The position numbers were made by a program, and so were the translations under genes. From Methylorubrum extorquens (GTDB taxonomy: Bacteria; Pseudomonadota; Alphaproteobacteria; Rhizobiales; Beijerinckiaceae), in assembly GCA_900234795.1 (NCBI GenBank), contig LT962688.1, positions 3,900,001-3,932,000 of the forward strand: DNA of 32,000 nucleotides, in the 5' to 3' direction. Positions within the stretch are counted from its first letter, which is position 1. Each line of letters begins with the position of its first letter. Of the stretch, positions 1 to 10,811 are shown piece after piece. The notes under the pieces are model-generated. The model had not been told where the DNA came from, did no database searches, and was given only the letters and a program-made list of their open reading frames with translations.

Positions 1-81
1 GAGACTCGTGGCGATCACGGTGCGCCGTGAGAGGGTCGTCTGAGCCGCGAGGCTCCGCAGGTCGGCATCGAACGCGGTCAT
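1..81 (-). CDS. 5' end of an unidentified gene running off the left edge; N-terminus MTAFDADLRSLAAQTTLSRRTVIATSL with a Tat-like SRRxV motif
   Basis: ATG at 81-79 (minus) is preceded by GAGAGG with a 5-nt spacer. The frame is open to the window edge and GC-rich at third positions. Only 27 codons are visible. Confidence 0.3.
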   Translation of the reverse strand, partial: MTAFDADLRSLAAQTTLSRRTVIATSL

Positions 82-376
82 GCGTGCCTCTCGGGTATGG
101 ATGCGTCGAGTGGGCAGTCGCCCGACGGCAGAGTTAGGGCATCGCCCCGAAAGGGGGATGCCGGCTTTTGGAAAAGGAGGATGCGTCGGCCGAAGCCCGC
201 GCCGGTCGGCGAACCGCGACGGGCGCGCGCGCAGCCTCGCGCCGCCCGCGCGGTGGCCCAACGCCCGAAAGAGCCAGCCGCGGTCTCGGACAAGGCCTTC
301 AGCGGTTTCATGCTCCCCTCGGGATCAGGCCGCGGCTCAGGCCGGTTGCTCCGCCACCGTCCTCCTGAGATCCGTC

Positions 377-943
377 ATGACGCCAAGGCAAGACGAACGG
401 GACAGCCCCGCCCCACGGACGACCTATTCGCCGCCTCAGCCGGAAGGGCTGGCGCCCGCTCTCCTGCGCAACATCCGGACGCTGCAGGAGCGCCGAAGCG
501 CCGCCGAACGCGAGGCCTCCCTGCAGGATCGCGTGGCCGAGGCGATCACGCGGTTCACGGGCAGCATGGCGTTCGTCGCCCTGCACGTCGTGCTGTTCGG
601 CTTCTGGACCCTGGTGAATTCGGGCCTGCTGCCGATCCTGCCGAAATGGGACGCGTCCTTCGTGATCCTCGGGACCGCGGCATCGGTCGAGGCGATCTTC
701 CTCTCGACCTTCGTACTGATCAGCCAGAACCGCATGGCCGCGGCGGCCAACAAGCGGGCCGATCTCGACCTCCACATCAGCCTTCTGGCCGAGCACGAGG
801 TGACGAAGCTCGTCGCGATGGTGTCGGCGATCACGGAGCGGATGGGCATCGAGACGGTCGCCGATCCAGAAGTCGGCGAACTCAGCCAGGATGTGGCCCC
901 CGACGCCGTCCTCGACGAGATCGAGCGAAACGACCGCGCCTGA
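377..943 (+). CDS. DUF1003-family integral membrane protein (188 aa)
   Basis: The C-terminal two thirds of ORF 80..943 reads FTGSMAFVALHVVLFGFWTLVN...VEAIFLSTFVLISQNRMAAAANKRADLDLHISLLAEHEVTKL. This is the two-TM plus QNR(q)a..D...a..d pattern typical of DUF1003. In-frame ATG at 377 (MTPRQDE) was chosen; the upstream Arg/Pro-rich part looks non-coding. The start is uncertain. Confidence 0.7.
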   Translation: MTPRQDERDSPAPRTTYSPPQPEGLAPALLRNIRTLQERRSAAEREASLQDRVAEAITRFTGSMAFVALHVVLFGFWTLVNSGLLPILPKWDASFVILGTAASVEAIFLSTFVLISQNRMAAAANKRADLDLHISLLAEHEVTKLVAMVSAITERMGIETVADPEVGELSQDVAPDAVLDEIERNDRA

Positions 944-961
944 CGCCCCGGCCCCCAAAAG

Positions 962-989
962 AAAATGGCCGGGCGAACCCGGCCATTTT
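962..989. terminator. Bidirectional rho-independent terminator between the convergent DUF1003 gene and mclA
   Basis: Perfect 12-bp stem AAAATGGCCGGG / CCCGGCCATTTT with a CGAA loop. The A-run and T-run flanks give a U-tract in both orientations. It lies 19 nt after the DUF1003 stop and 23 nt after the mclA stop. Confidence 0.75.
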
Positions 990-1011
990 CCGTTCTACCG
1001 ATAGAAGGAAA

Positions 1012-1986
1012 TTACTTCCCGCCCATCGCGTCGGCCTTCTGGATCAGCGCCTCGGCCATGCGGATCGAGGCGATGTCGATGAGGCGGCCGTCGAGCGAGA
1101 CGGCGCCGCGGCCGGCCTTGGCGGCCTCTTCCATGGCTTCCAGGATGCGGCGGGCCTTGGTGACCTCGGCCTCGGAGGGGGTGAAGACCTCGTTGGCCAG
1201 ATCGATCTGCGAGGGGTGGATCGCCCACTTGCCCTCGAAGCCGAGCGCGGCGCAGCGGCGAGCGGCCGAGGTGTAGCCGTCCGGATCGGAGAAGTCGCCG
1301 AAGGGACCGTCGATCGGGCGCAGGCCGTAGGCGCGGCAGGCGACCAGCATGCGGTTCTGGGCGAACAGCCACGGATCCTGCCAGTGCGTCTGGCGGTTGC
1401 CGGCCTCGTCCTTGTCGGTGAGCACGCTGTAATCGGCGTTGACGCCGCCGATCACGGTGGAGCGGGCGCGGGTGGAGGCGGCGTAGTCGGCGACACCGAA
1501 GGACATCGCCTCAAGGCGCTTGGACGAGGTCGCGATCGCCTCGACATTGGCCATGCCGAGCGCGGTCTCGATCAGCACCTCAAAGCCAATCTTCTTCTCG
1601 CGCTTCTTGGCCTGCTCGATCTGCGTCGTCAGCACGTCGATGGCGTAGACGTCGGCCGGCACGCCGACCTTGGGGATCAGGATCATGTCGAGGCGCGGGC
1701 AGGCCTCCACGATGTCCACCACGTCGCGGTACATGTAGTGGGTGTCGAGACCGTTGATGCGGATCATCATGGTCTTGTTGCCCCAATCCAGGTCGTTGAG
1801 AGCCTGGATGATGTTCTTGCGGGCCTGCTCCTTGTCGTCGGGCGCAACCGCATCCTCGAGGTCGAGGAAGATCACGTCGGCCTTCGAGGCGGCCGACTTC
1901 TCCATGAAGGTCGGGTTGGAGCCGGGAACCGCGAGTTCCGAGCGGTGCAGGCGCGGGGTGGCCTGCTGGATCAGGGTGAAGCTCAT
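1012..1986 (-). CDS. mclA: Malyl-CoA/beta-methylmalyl-CoA lyase (324 aa), serine cycle
   Basis: The translation from internal ATG 1986 starts MSFTLIQQATPRLHRSELAVPGSNP, which I recognise as the M. extorquens MclA N-terminus (HpcH/CitE-like fold). GGAGGA lies 8 nt upstream. The 23 extra N-terminal codons in the ORF track overlap that RBS. Confidence 0.95.
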   Translation of the reverse strand: MSFTLIQQATPRLHRSELAVPGSNPTFMEKSAASKADVIFLDLEDAVAPDDKEQARKNIIQALNDLDWGNKTMMIRINGLDTHYMYRDVVDIVEACPRLDMILIPKVGVPADVYAIDVLTTQIEQAKKREKKIGFEVLIETALGMANVEAIATSSKRLEAMSFGVADYAASTRARSTVIGGVNADYSVLTDKDEAGNRQTHWQDPWLFAQNRMLVACRAYGLRPIDGPFGDFSDPDGYTSAARRCAALGFEGKWAIHPSQIDLANEVFTPSEAEVTKARRILEAMEEAAKAGRGAVSLDGRLIDIASIRMAEALIQKADAMGGK

Positions 1987-2173
1987 CGGAAATCCTCCGT
2001 TCTGTGAGACCGTCTTGTCGTGCGCGCGGTCACGCGTGGGGGTCGCGTGCCGCACTTGAAAAGCATCGTCCTTTTCCGAAAGCCGGCGGCCACCTTTCGG
2101 GACGATGTTCTATCTCGCGCGTCCGGGCCGGCCGTCCAGCCGGTCCCGGAACACGTCGCCGAGATTGTATGCA

Positions 2174-4942
<2,769 letters not shown>

Positions 4943-5075
4943 GGGATCCCCCCTGGCGAGGTTCTCTTTTCGGAGTTCCGCAGGCTGATGCCTTCGGGCG
5001 GGCAGATGGATTCGATCGTCGGGGCGCTTCCTCCCCGCGGGACGGACTGGAGACCGCGTGCGCGTTTGCCTCCAT

Positions 5076-5183
5076 CCTCATCCCGAGGTGCCGGAGCGAA
5101 GCGGAAGCCTTGAGGGATCTTCCAGGAATCGCCCGCGATCCGGAGGCCCCTTCGAGGCCGCGTCGCGGCACCTCAGGGTGAGG
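5076..5183. repeat. ~108-bp imperfect palindromic intergenic element (MITE/REP-like), copy 1
   Basis: The left arm CCTCATCCCGAGGTGCCGGAGCGAAGCGGAAGCCTTGAGGGATCTTCC is mirrored by the right arm GGAGGCCCCTTCGAGGCCGCGTCGCGGCACCTCAGGGTGAGG. By eye it is about 80% identical to the element at 7607-7715. It lies in the mtkB-ppcA gap. Confidence 0.75.
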
Positions 5184-5220
5184 CGTCGGACAGCAGAAGC
5201 GCTGCCCGACGGAGAGGGCC

Positions 5221-6111
5221 TCAAGCCGCGCGGGCGAGCACGTCGGCCACGGTGCTGCCGAAGGAGCCCGGATCGGGCGCCACGGTCAGGCCGTAGGAGC
5301 GCATGATCTCGGCCTTCTCCGCGGCGCTGTCGCCGGTCGCCGAGATGATCGCGCCGGCATGCCCCATGCGGCGGCCCTTGGGGGCGGTGAGGCCCGCCAC
5401 GAAGCCAATCACGGGCTTGGAAAAGTTCTCCTTGATCCAGGCCGAGGCCTCGGCCTCCTGCGGACCGCCGATCTCGCCGATCATCAGCACGGCTTCCGTC
5501 TCAGGATCCTGCTCGAACAGAGCGAGGTGGTCGAGGAAGGAGGAGCCGTTGATCGGATCGCCGCCGATGCCGACCGAGGTCGAGATGCCGATGCCGAGCT
5601 CCTTCATCTGCGCCGCGGCCTCGTAGCCCAGCGTGCCGGAGCGGGAGATGACGCCGACCTTGCCGGGCAGGTAGATGTGGCCGGGCATGATGCCGAGCAT
5701 CGACTTGCCGGGCGAGATGATGCCCGCGCAGTTCGGGCCCACCACCATCGTGCGCTTCTCCTTCGGATAGCGCCGGAGGTAGCGTTTCACCCGCATCATG
5801 TCCTGAGCGGGGATGCCGTCGGTGATCGAGCAGACGAGCTTGAGGCCGGCATCGGCCGCCTCCATGATCGCGTCCGCCGCGAAGGGGGGCGCCACGAAGG
5901 TGATCGAGGTGGTGGCGCCGGTCGCCTCCACGGCCTCCTTGACGGTGTTGAACACCGGCACGCCGCAATGGGTCTTGCCGCCCTTGCCCGGGGTGACGCC
6001 GCCGACGACGTTCGAGCCGTAGGCGATCATCTCCTTGGCGTGGAAGGTGCCCTTGTCGCCCGTGATGCCCTGAACCAGGATCGGGGTCTTCTCGTCGATG
6101 AGAATGCTCAT
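5221..6111 (-). CDS. mtkB: Malate thiokinase (malate-CoA ligase) alpha/small subunit (296 aa)
   Basis: From ATG 6111 the translation reads MSILIDEKTPILVQGITGDKGTFHAKEMIAYGSNVVGGVTPGKGG. This is the succinyl-CoA synthetase alpha-like family, with the phosphohistidine loop region MGHAGAII. It lies 22 nt downstream of mtkA. The upstream 44 codons in the ORF track are Arg/Pro-rich and overlap mtkA. Confidence 0.95.
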   Translation of the reverse strand: MSILIDEKTPILVQGITGDKGTFHAKEMIAYGSNVVGGVTPGKGGKTHCGVPVFNTVKEAVEATGATTSITFVAPPFAADAIMEAADAGLKLVCSITDGIPAQDMMRVKRYLRRYPKEKRTMVVGPNCAGIISPGKSMLGIMPGHIYLPGKVGVISRSGTLGYEAAAQMKELGIGISTSVGIGGDPINGSSFLDHLALFEQDPETEAVLMIGEIGGPQEAEASAWIKENFSKPVIGFVAGLTAPKGRRMGHAGAIISATGDSAAEKAEIMRSYGLTVAPDPGSFGSTVADVLARAA

Positions 6112-6133
6112 GGCGTGATTCCTCCCCCGTTCG

Positions 6134-7306
6134 TCAGTGCTTGGCGCCGTGGCAGGCTTCGACAGCCTTGCGCGCGGCTTCCGTAAGGGTGTCGGCGGTG
6201 ATGAGGTCGAGCCCGCTCTCGGCGAGGATCTTCTTGCCTTCATCGACGTTCGTGCCGGCGAGCCGCACGATGAGCGGCACGTCGATCTTCACCTCGCGCG
6301 CGGCCTTGACCACGCCCTCCGCGACCCAGTCGCAGCGGTTGATGCCGGCGAAGATGTTGACGAGGATCGCCTTCACATTGCGGTCCGAGAGGACGAGGCG
6401 GAAGGCCGTGGCGACGCGATCCGGGCTGGCGCCGCCGCCCACATCCAGGAAGTTTGCCGGCTCGCCGCCCGCGTGCTTGATCATGTCCATGGTCGCCATG
6501 GCCAGACCCGCGCCGTTGACGATGCAGCCGATTTCGCCCTCAAGGCCGATATAGCTGAGATTGTGCTCGGCAGCCTGGGCCTCGCGCGGATCGCCCTGCG
6601 ACGGGTCGTGCATGTCCGCGATGTTGCGGCGGCGGAACAGGGCGTTGTCGTCGAAGGACATCTTGGCGTCGAGCGCCAGAACCCGGTCGTCCTTGGTGAC
6701 GACGAGCGGGTTGATCTCCAGCATGGTGCCGTCGCAGTCGCGGAACGCCCGGTAGGCGTTCATGATGGTCTTCACCGCGGCCGAGACCTGCTTGATGTTG
6801 AGGCCGAGCTGGAACGCGATCTCGCGGGCCTGGAACTGCTGCAGGCCCACCGCCGGCTCGACCACGACCTGGATCAGAGCCTCGGGCTCCTTGGCGGCGA
6901 TCTCCTCGATATCCATGCCGCCGCGCTGGGAGGCGATGACGCGAACGCGCTCGGCCTTCCGATCGAGGACGTAGCCGAGATAGAGTTCACGCTCGAACGG
7001 GTCGGCGGTCTCGACGTAGACGCGCTGCACCGGCTTGCCCTCGGGGCCGGTCTGGAGCGTGACGAGGCGTTTTCCCAGCAGGTCGCGGGCGGCGTCGCGC
7101 ACTTCGTTGTAGGTCCGGCAGAGCTTGATCCCGCCCGCCTTGCCCCGCGCGCCGGCATGGATCTGGGCCTTCACCGCCCAGAACGAGCCGCCGAGCTCGG
7201 TCGCCGCATAGACCGCTTGATCCGGGCTGAAAGCCACGGCGCCCTTCGGGACGGCGACCCCGAAGCTCGCGAGCAGCTCCTTGGCTTGGTACTCGTGAAC
7301 GTCCAT
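6134..7306 (-). CDS. mtkA: Malate thiokinase (malate-CoA ligase) beta/large subunit (390 aa)
   Basis: [22 protein letters not shown]... is an ATP-grasp SucC-like N-terminus. GAAGGAGG lies 6 nt upstream of ATG 7306. Gene order matches the qsc cluster. Confidence 0.95.
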
Positions 7307-7470
7307 CGAGACCTCCTTCGCGTTTCCGTCGTTTTTGTTGGGCCGACCTTCGCGGAAAAATTACTTTTCGGGAAGCGGGTCAGCTCTCAATTTTTTCTTT
7401 TGTAGTGCTTCAGTTTGCTTGCCCGTCAGTGACTTAGAGCCGTATCCAACCTGATTGCATCAGGCCGGCG
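7307..7470 (-). promoter_or_regulatory. Probable mtkA-mtkB-ppcA-mclA promoter/leader region (AT-rich island)
   Basis: This is the lowest-GC stretch of the cluster (e.g. CGGAAAAATTACTTTTCG, CAATTTTTTCTTTTGTAG), directly upstream of mtkA. It contains the dyads GAAAA-N5-TTTTC (7364-7378) and GTCAGTGAC (7425-7433). The exact -35/-10 and any LysR (QscR) sites were not resolved. Confidence 0.4.
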
Positions 7471-7606
7471 CCTCTCGGTCTTTGTTTTGACGCGCATTCT
7501 TTCGACGAACCGGTGACCACTTCGTCAGAATGCGCTCGAGCGGGCTTCTCACCTGCGAATCGTCCGGTGCGGGGACGGAGCATAGCAACGCTCGTCCGAT
7601 CCGCCT

Positions 7607-7715
7607 CCTCATCCTGAGGTGCCGTAGCGGAGCGGAGGCCTCGAAGGATCCTCCAGCCGGCCGCGCGATCTCTGGACGATCCTTCGAGGCCGCTTCGCGG
7701 CACCTCAGGATGAGG
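7607..7715. repeat. ~109-bp imperfect palindromic intergenic element (MITE/REP-like), copy 2
   Basis: Left arm: CCTCATCCTGAGGTGCCGTAGCGGAGCGGAGGCCTCGAAGGATCCTCC. Right arm: GGACGATCCTTCGAGGCCGCTTCGCGGCACCTCAGGATGAGG. It is the same family as 5076-5183 and lies in the fch-mtkA gap. Confidence 0.8.
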
Positions 7716-7855
7716 AAGAGGGTGGGACGACAGCCATCCGCTCCCCGCCTTTGCGAGGCGGAGCCGCAGCAATGCAAGGCTCGCCCCGTCCGGAACAGTC
7801 GCGCTCGGGAATGGCTTCGCGTCCGCTCGCGCCGACGGCGGGCGGCGCGAAGGTC

Positions 7856-8482
7856 TCAGTTCACCTTGGACTTCACGGTCTCGTAGATCCGCTCGTTGAG
7901 CGCGCCCGCCTCGGCCAGCAGGCCTTCCAGCTCCTTCAGCCGCTCCTCGGCGAAGGCGCGGTCGTCGAGGCCCTTGGCGTTGACGTAGACGTTGAGGGCC
8001 GCCGAGCGCAGGCCGGCATAGGCCGAGAGCACGGCGACGCCGGCATCCGAAATGACGTTGAGATTGCCCTTCTCGGCGACGATCTCGGCCAGATCGATCA
8101 CCTCGCGGCAGACGCGGCAGCAGGCGAGCGGCACGTCGGTCGCGGTCTTGAGCGCCTCCTGAATCTTGGCGGCGCGGGCGGCCTTCTCTTCGTCGGTGTT
8201 CTTCGGCAGCCCGTAGGCGCCCATCACCGCGTCGAAAGCCTCGACGTCGTCGGCGATCATGCCGGTGAGCGTGTGGCGCAAGCCTTCCGACTTCTCCAGC
8301 ACCTGCTTCAGGTCGGCTTCGACCTCGACATACTTCTTCTTACCGATGGTGAGATTGCACACCATCGACACCAGCGCCGCGCCCATGGCGCCGGAGATCG
8401 CCGCGGCACCGCCGCCGCCGGGGGTCGGGGCCGAGCTCGCCAGGCCGTCGAGGAATGTTTCGATTGTCTCGTTCGCGGCCAT
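7856..8482 (-). CDS. fch: Methenyl-tetrahydrofolate cyclohydrolase (208 aa), FTCD C-terminal domain family
   Basis: MAANETIETFLDGLASSAPTPGGGGAAAISGAMGAALVSMV is the characteristic cyclodeaminase/cyclohydrolase N-terminal glycine-rich motif. It lies between mtdA and mtkA. Confidence 0.92.
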   Translation of the reverse strand: MAANETIETFLDGLASSAPTPGGGGAAAISGAMGAALVSMVCNLTIGKKKYVEVEADLKQVLEKSEGLRHTLTGMIADDVEAFDAVMGAYGLPKNTDEEKAARAAKIQEALKTATDVPLACCRVCREVIDLAEIVAEKGNLNVISDAGVAVLSAYAGLRSAALNVYVNAKGLDDRAFAEERLKELEGLLAEAGALNERIYETVKSKVN

Positions 8483-8576
8483 GGGTCCCCTCCCCTGTCA
8501 GTTCTTGTTGATTCGCTGGGGCGGCGCCGAAGGCCGGCGCCGCCCATTGAGCTGTGACCCTTTGGGCCGTGAGCCG

Positions 8577-9443
8577 TCAGGCCATTTCCTTAGCCAGCTT
8601 GTAGATCTCCTCGGCGTCGAAGACGCCTTCGCTCGACTCGAACAGCTTGGCGATGCAGGCGCGGTGCAGCTTGAGCTTCAAGCCGCCGATGCCGAGCGCA
8701 CCGAAGGCGCGCTTTCCGCCGTATTCCTTGCCTTTGTCGGTCGCATCGATCCCGCCGATGCCGAGCGGCGGCTGGGCGTTGTAGTCGGCCACGATCTCGA
8801 TCGAACTCTCGTTCTGCCAGGCTGCCTGCGGCAGCAGTTCAAGGCCGATCGCACCGGCGGTGAAGACGAAATGGGCGCCCTTCACGGCCTCGGCGCGCGA
8901 AGCATCGTCCGCGGTCTCGGCCGCGGTGACGTTCACCTTGAACCGCTTGTTCACGGAATCGGCCGCGGCCTGTGCCTTGTCGAGCTTGCGCCCGCACAGC
9001 ACGACCTCGGCGCCCTCGCCGGCGAGCAGCGCCGCCGAGCGCATGCCGACCGGGCCGGTGCCCGCGAGCACGACGGCCTTCTTGCCCTTGACCGAGCCGC
9101 CCGCCGCCTTGACGACGAGCGCCACGCCCGCCGCGGCGGTCGTGTTGGAGCCGTTCGAATCCAGCATGCAGGACACGCGGAACGGGCCGAAGAAGCGCTT
9201 CTTCACCGCCTCGAACACCCGCTCGCCGGCCGCCATGTCGCCGCCGCCGACGAAGATCGCCGTCGACTGCTTCTCCTTGCCGCCGCGGGTGTAGATCGTG
9301 CCGTCGACATAGGCGCCGACGTTGTCGGGCGTGACGTTGCCGTAGCCGGTGATGTGGTCGGCACCGCCGTCGTAGCCGACGACGACGTCGAAGACGCTCG
9401 GCGTGGCATCGGTGTCGAACTGGAAGAGCAGCTTCTTGGACAT
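8577..9443 (-). CDS. mtdA: NADP-dependent methylene-H4F/methylene-H4MPT dehydrogenase (288 aa)
   Basis: MSKKLLFQFDTDATPSVFDVVVGYDGGADHITGYG is recognised as the MtdA N-terminus, and the Rossmann motif VLAGTGPVG is present. Position matches the qsc cluster. Confidence 0.92.
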   Translation of the reverse strand: MSKKLLFQFDTDATPSVFDVVVGYDGGADHITGYGNVTPDNVGAYVDGTIYTRGGKEKQSTAIFVGGGDMAAGERVFEAVKKRFFGPFRVSCMLDSNGSNTTAAAGVALVVKAAGGSVKGKKAVVLAGTGPVGMRSAALLAGEGAEVVLCGRKLDKAQAAADSVNKRFKVNVTAAETADDASRAEAVKGAHFVFTAGAIGLELLPQAAWQNESSIEIVADYNAQPPLGIGGIDATDKGKEYGGKRAFGALGIGGLKLKLHRACIAKLFESSEGVFDAEEIYKLAKEMA

Positions 9444-9586
9444 GATTCCTCTGGCCGGTTGTTCATGGACCGCGGTGATGGATCACGCGGTGCGTCTGCA
9501 TGGAGGATGCGTCCGGGGCCGTCCGGTCCCGGTCGCCCTCGAGAGTCTTTTCGTAACGCGGCCCCATTCCGAGGCCGGTGCGTTTC

Positions 9587-10531
9587 TTACGCCTCGACGA
9601 CGTTCTGCGGCTTGCCCGCGACGAAGGCTTCGACGTTGTCCACGAGCTGGTCGGCGAGGATCTGCATCGCCTCCTTGCTCGCCCAGGCCACGTGCGGGGT
9701 GACGATCAGGTTCGGCAGGTCGGCGTCGCAGAGGATGTTGCCGTCCTTCGGGGGCTCCTGGGCCACGACGTCGAAGCCGGCGCCGCCGATCGTGCCGTCC
9801 TTGAGCGCCTGGAGCAGGGCCGCCTCGTCCACCAGCCCGCCGCGGGCGGTGTTGATGAGGATCGCGGAGCGCTTCATCTTCTTGAGCTGCTCGGCCCCGA
9901 TCATGTTCTTGGTGTCGGGGGTCAGCGGTACGTGCAGCGTGATGACGTCGGACTGGGTCAGGATCGTATCGAGATCCACGAGCCCGTCCTGCGGGAACAC
10001 GTCGAAGGCGAGCACCTTCATGCCGAGGGCCTCGGCCCGCTTGGCGATCGACTTGCCGAGCGCGCCGTAGCCGATGATGCCGAGCGTCGAGCCGGCGATG
10101 TCGTAGATCGGGTAATCGAAGTAGCAGAACTGCTTCGACTTGTTCCAATCGCCCCGGCGCACCGAGTTGGCGTAAGGCACGATCGCCCGGCGCAGCGCGA
10201 ACATCAGGCCGACCACGTGCTCGGGCACGGTGTTGAAGGCGTAGTTGCGGATGTTGACGACCGTGATGCCTTGCGCCTTGGCCGCAGCCTTGTCGACGAC
10301 GTCCGTGCCGGTGGCAGCCACCGCGATCAGCTTCAGATCGGGAAGCTGCTTCAGCGTGTCGGCGCGCATCGGCACCTTGTTGATCATCGCGATCTCGGCG
10401 CCCTGAAGGCGCTCGACGATCTCCTCCGGCGTCCAGGTCGACTCGTATTCCTTGTACTCATGCGGGAAGTTGAATTCGCGCACGGTCGCGTCGAGCGACT
10501 CGCGATCGAGGAAGACGACTTTCTTTGTCAT
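9587..10531 (-). CDS. hprA: Hydroxypyruvate reductase / D-isomer 2-hydroxyacid dehydrogenase (314 aa)
   Basis: From ATG 10531 the translation reads MTKKVVFLDRESLDATVREFNFPHEYKEYES. The NAD motif GIIGYGALG is present, as are the catalytic-type residues of D-2-hydroxyacid dehydrogenases (...NTARGGLVDE..., ...TPHVAW...). The upstream 66 codons of the ORF-track entry are Arg/Gly-rich with low coding quality. Confidence 0.92.
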   Translation of the reverse strand: MTKKVVFLDRESLDATVREFNFPHEYKEYESTWTPEEIVERLQGAEIAMINKVPMRADTLKQLPDLKLIAVAATGTDVVDKAAAKAQGITVVNIRNYAFNTVPEHVVGLMFALRRAIVPYANSVRRGDWNKSKQFCYFDYPIYDIAGSTLGIIGYGALGKSIAKRAEALGMKVLAFDVFPQDGLVDLDTILTQSDVITLHVPLTPDTKNMIGAEQLKKMKRSAILINTARGGLVDEAALLQALKDGTIGGAGFDVVAQEPPKDGNILCDADLPNLIVTPHVAWASKEAMQILADQLVDNVEAFVAGKPQNVVEA

Positions 10532-10811
10532 TCTGGACCCCTTCCGGATCGACCGGCGGGCAATCGTGTCGCTCACGAAACCCCTGCCGCCCCGTCGTCG
10601 CCGGAGCGAGAACGGTCGGTGACCGGGAGTTTCATGAGGCACCGACGCCGGCCCCGTTTCCTCACCTGTCTCGAAGCGTCTCCCGCGGAACGCCGGCAAA
10701 CCGGACGTTCCACGGGGCGCCTTTCTCATGTAGCGGAAGCGGCGCCGTTGGAACCGGCGTCGCCCCCAAAAATCAGGCCAAAGAATTAGGCCCCAAGATC
10801 AGACCCCAAGA

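Noticed and set aside
146-170. Hairpin GGCATCGCCCC-GAAA-GGGGGATGCC followed by GGCTTTTGG, a possible terminator
   Set aside because: It lies in a divergent promoter region with no upstream gene on either strand to terminate. It may be a leader structure, but I cannot assign a role.
5359-7405. ORFs antisense to mtkB/mtkA (5359..6186 +, 6137..7405 +, others)
   Set aside because: These are shadow frames of well-supported malate thiokinase genes, with low-complexity composition.
7434-7886. Three overlapping ORFs (7434..7772 -, 7460..7777 -, 7530..7886 +) in the fch-mtkA gap
   Set aside because: The reason is the same: they span repeat copy 2 and have no RBS or coding bias.
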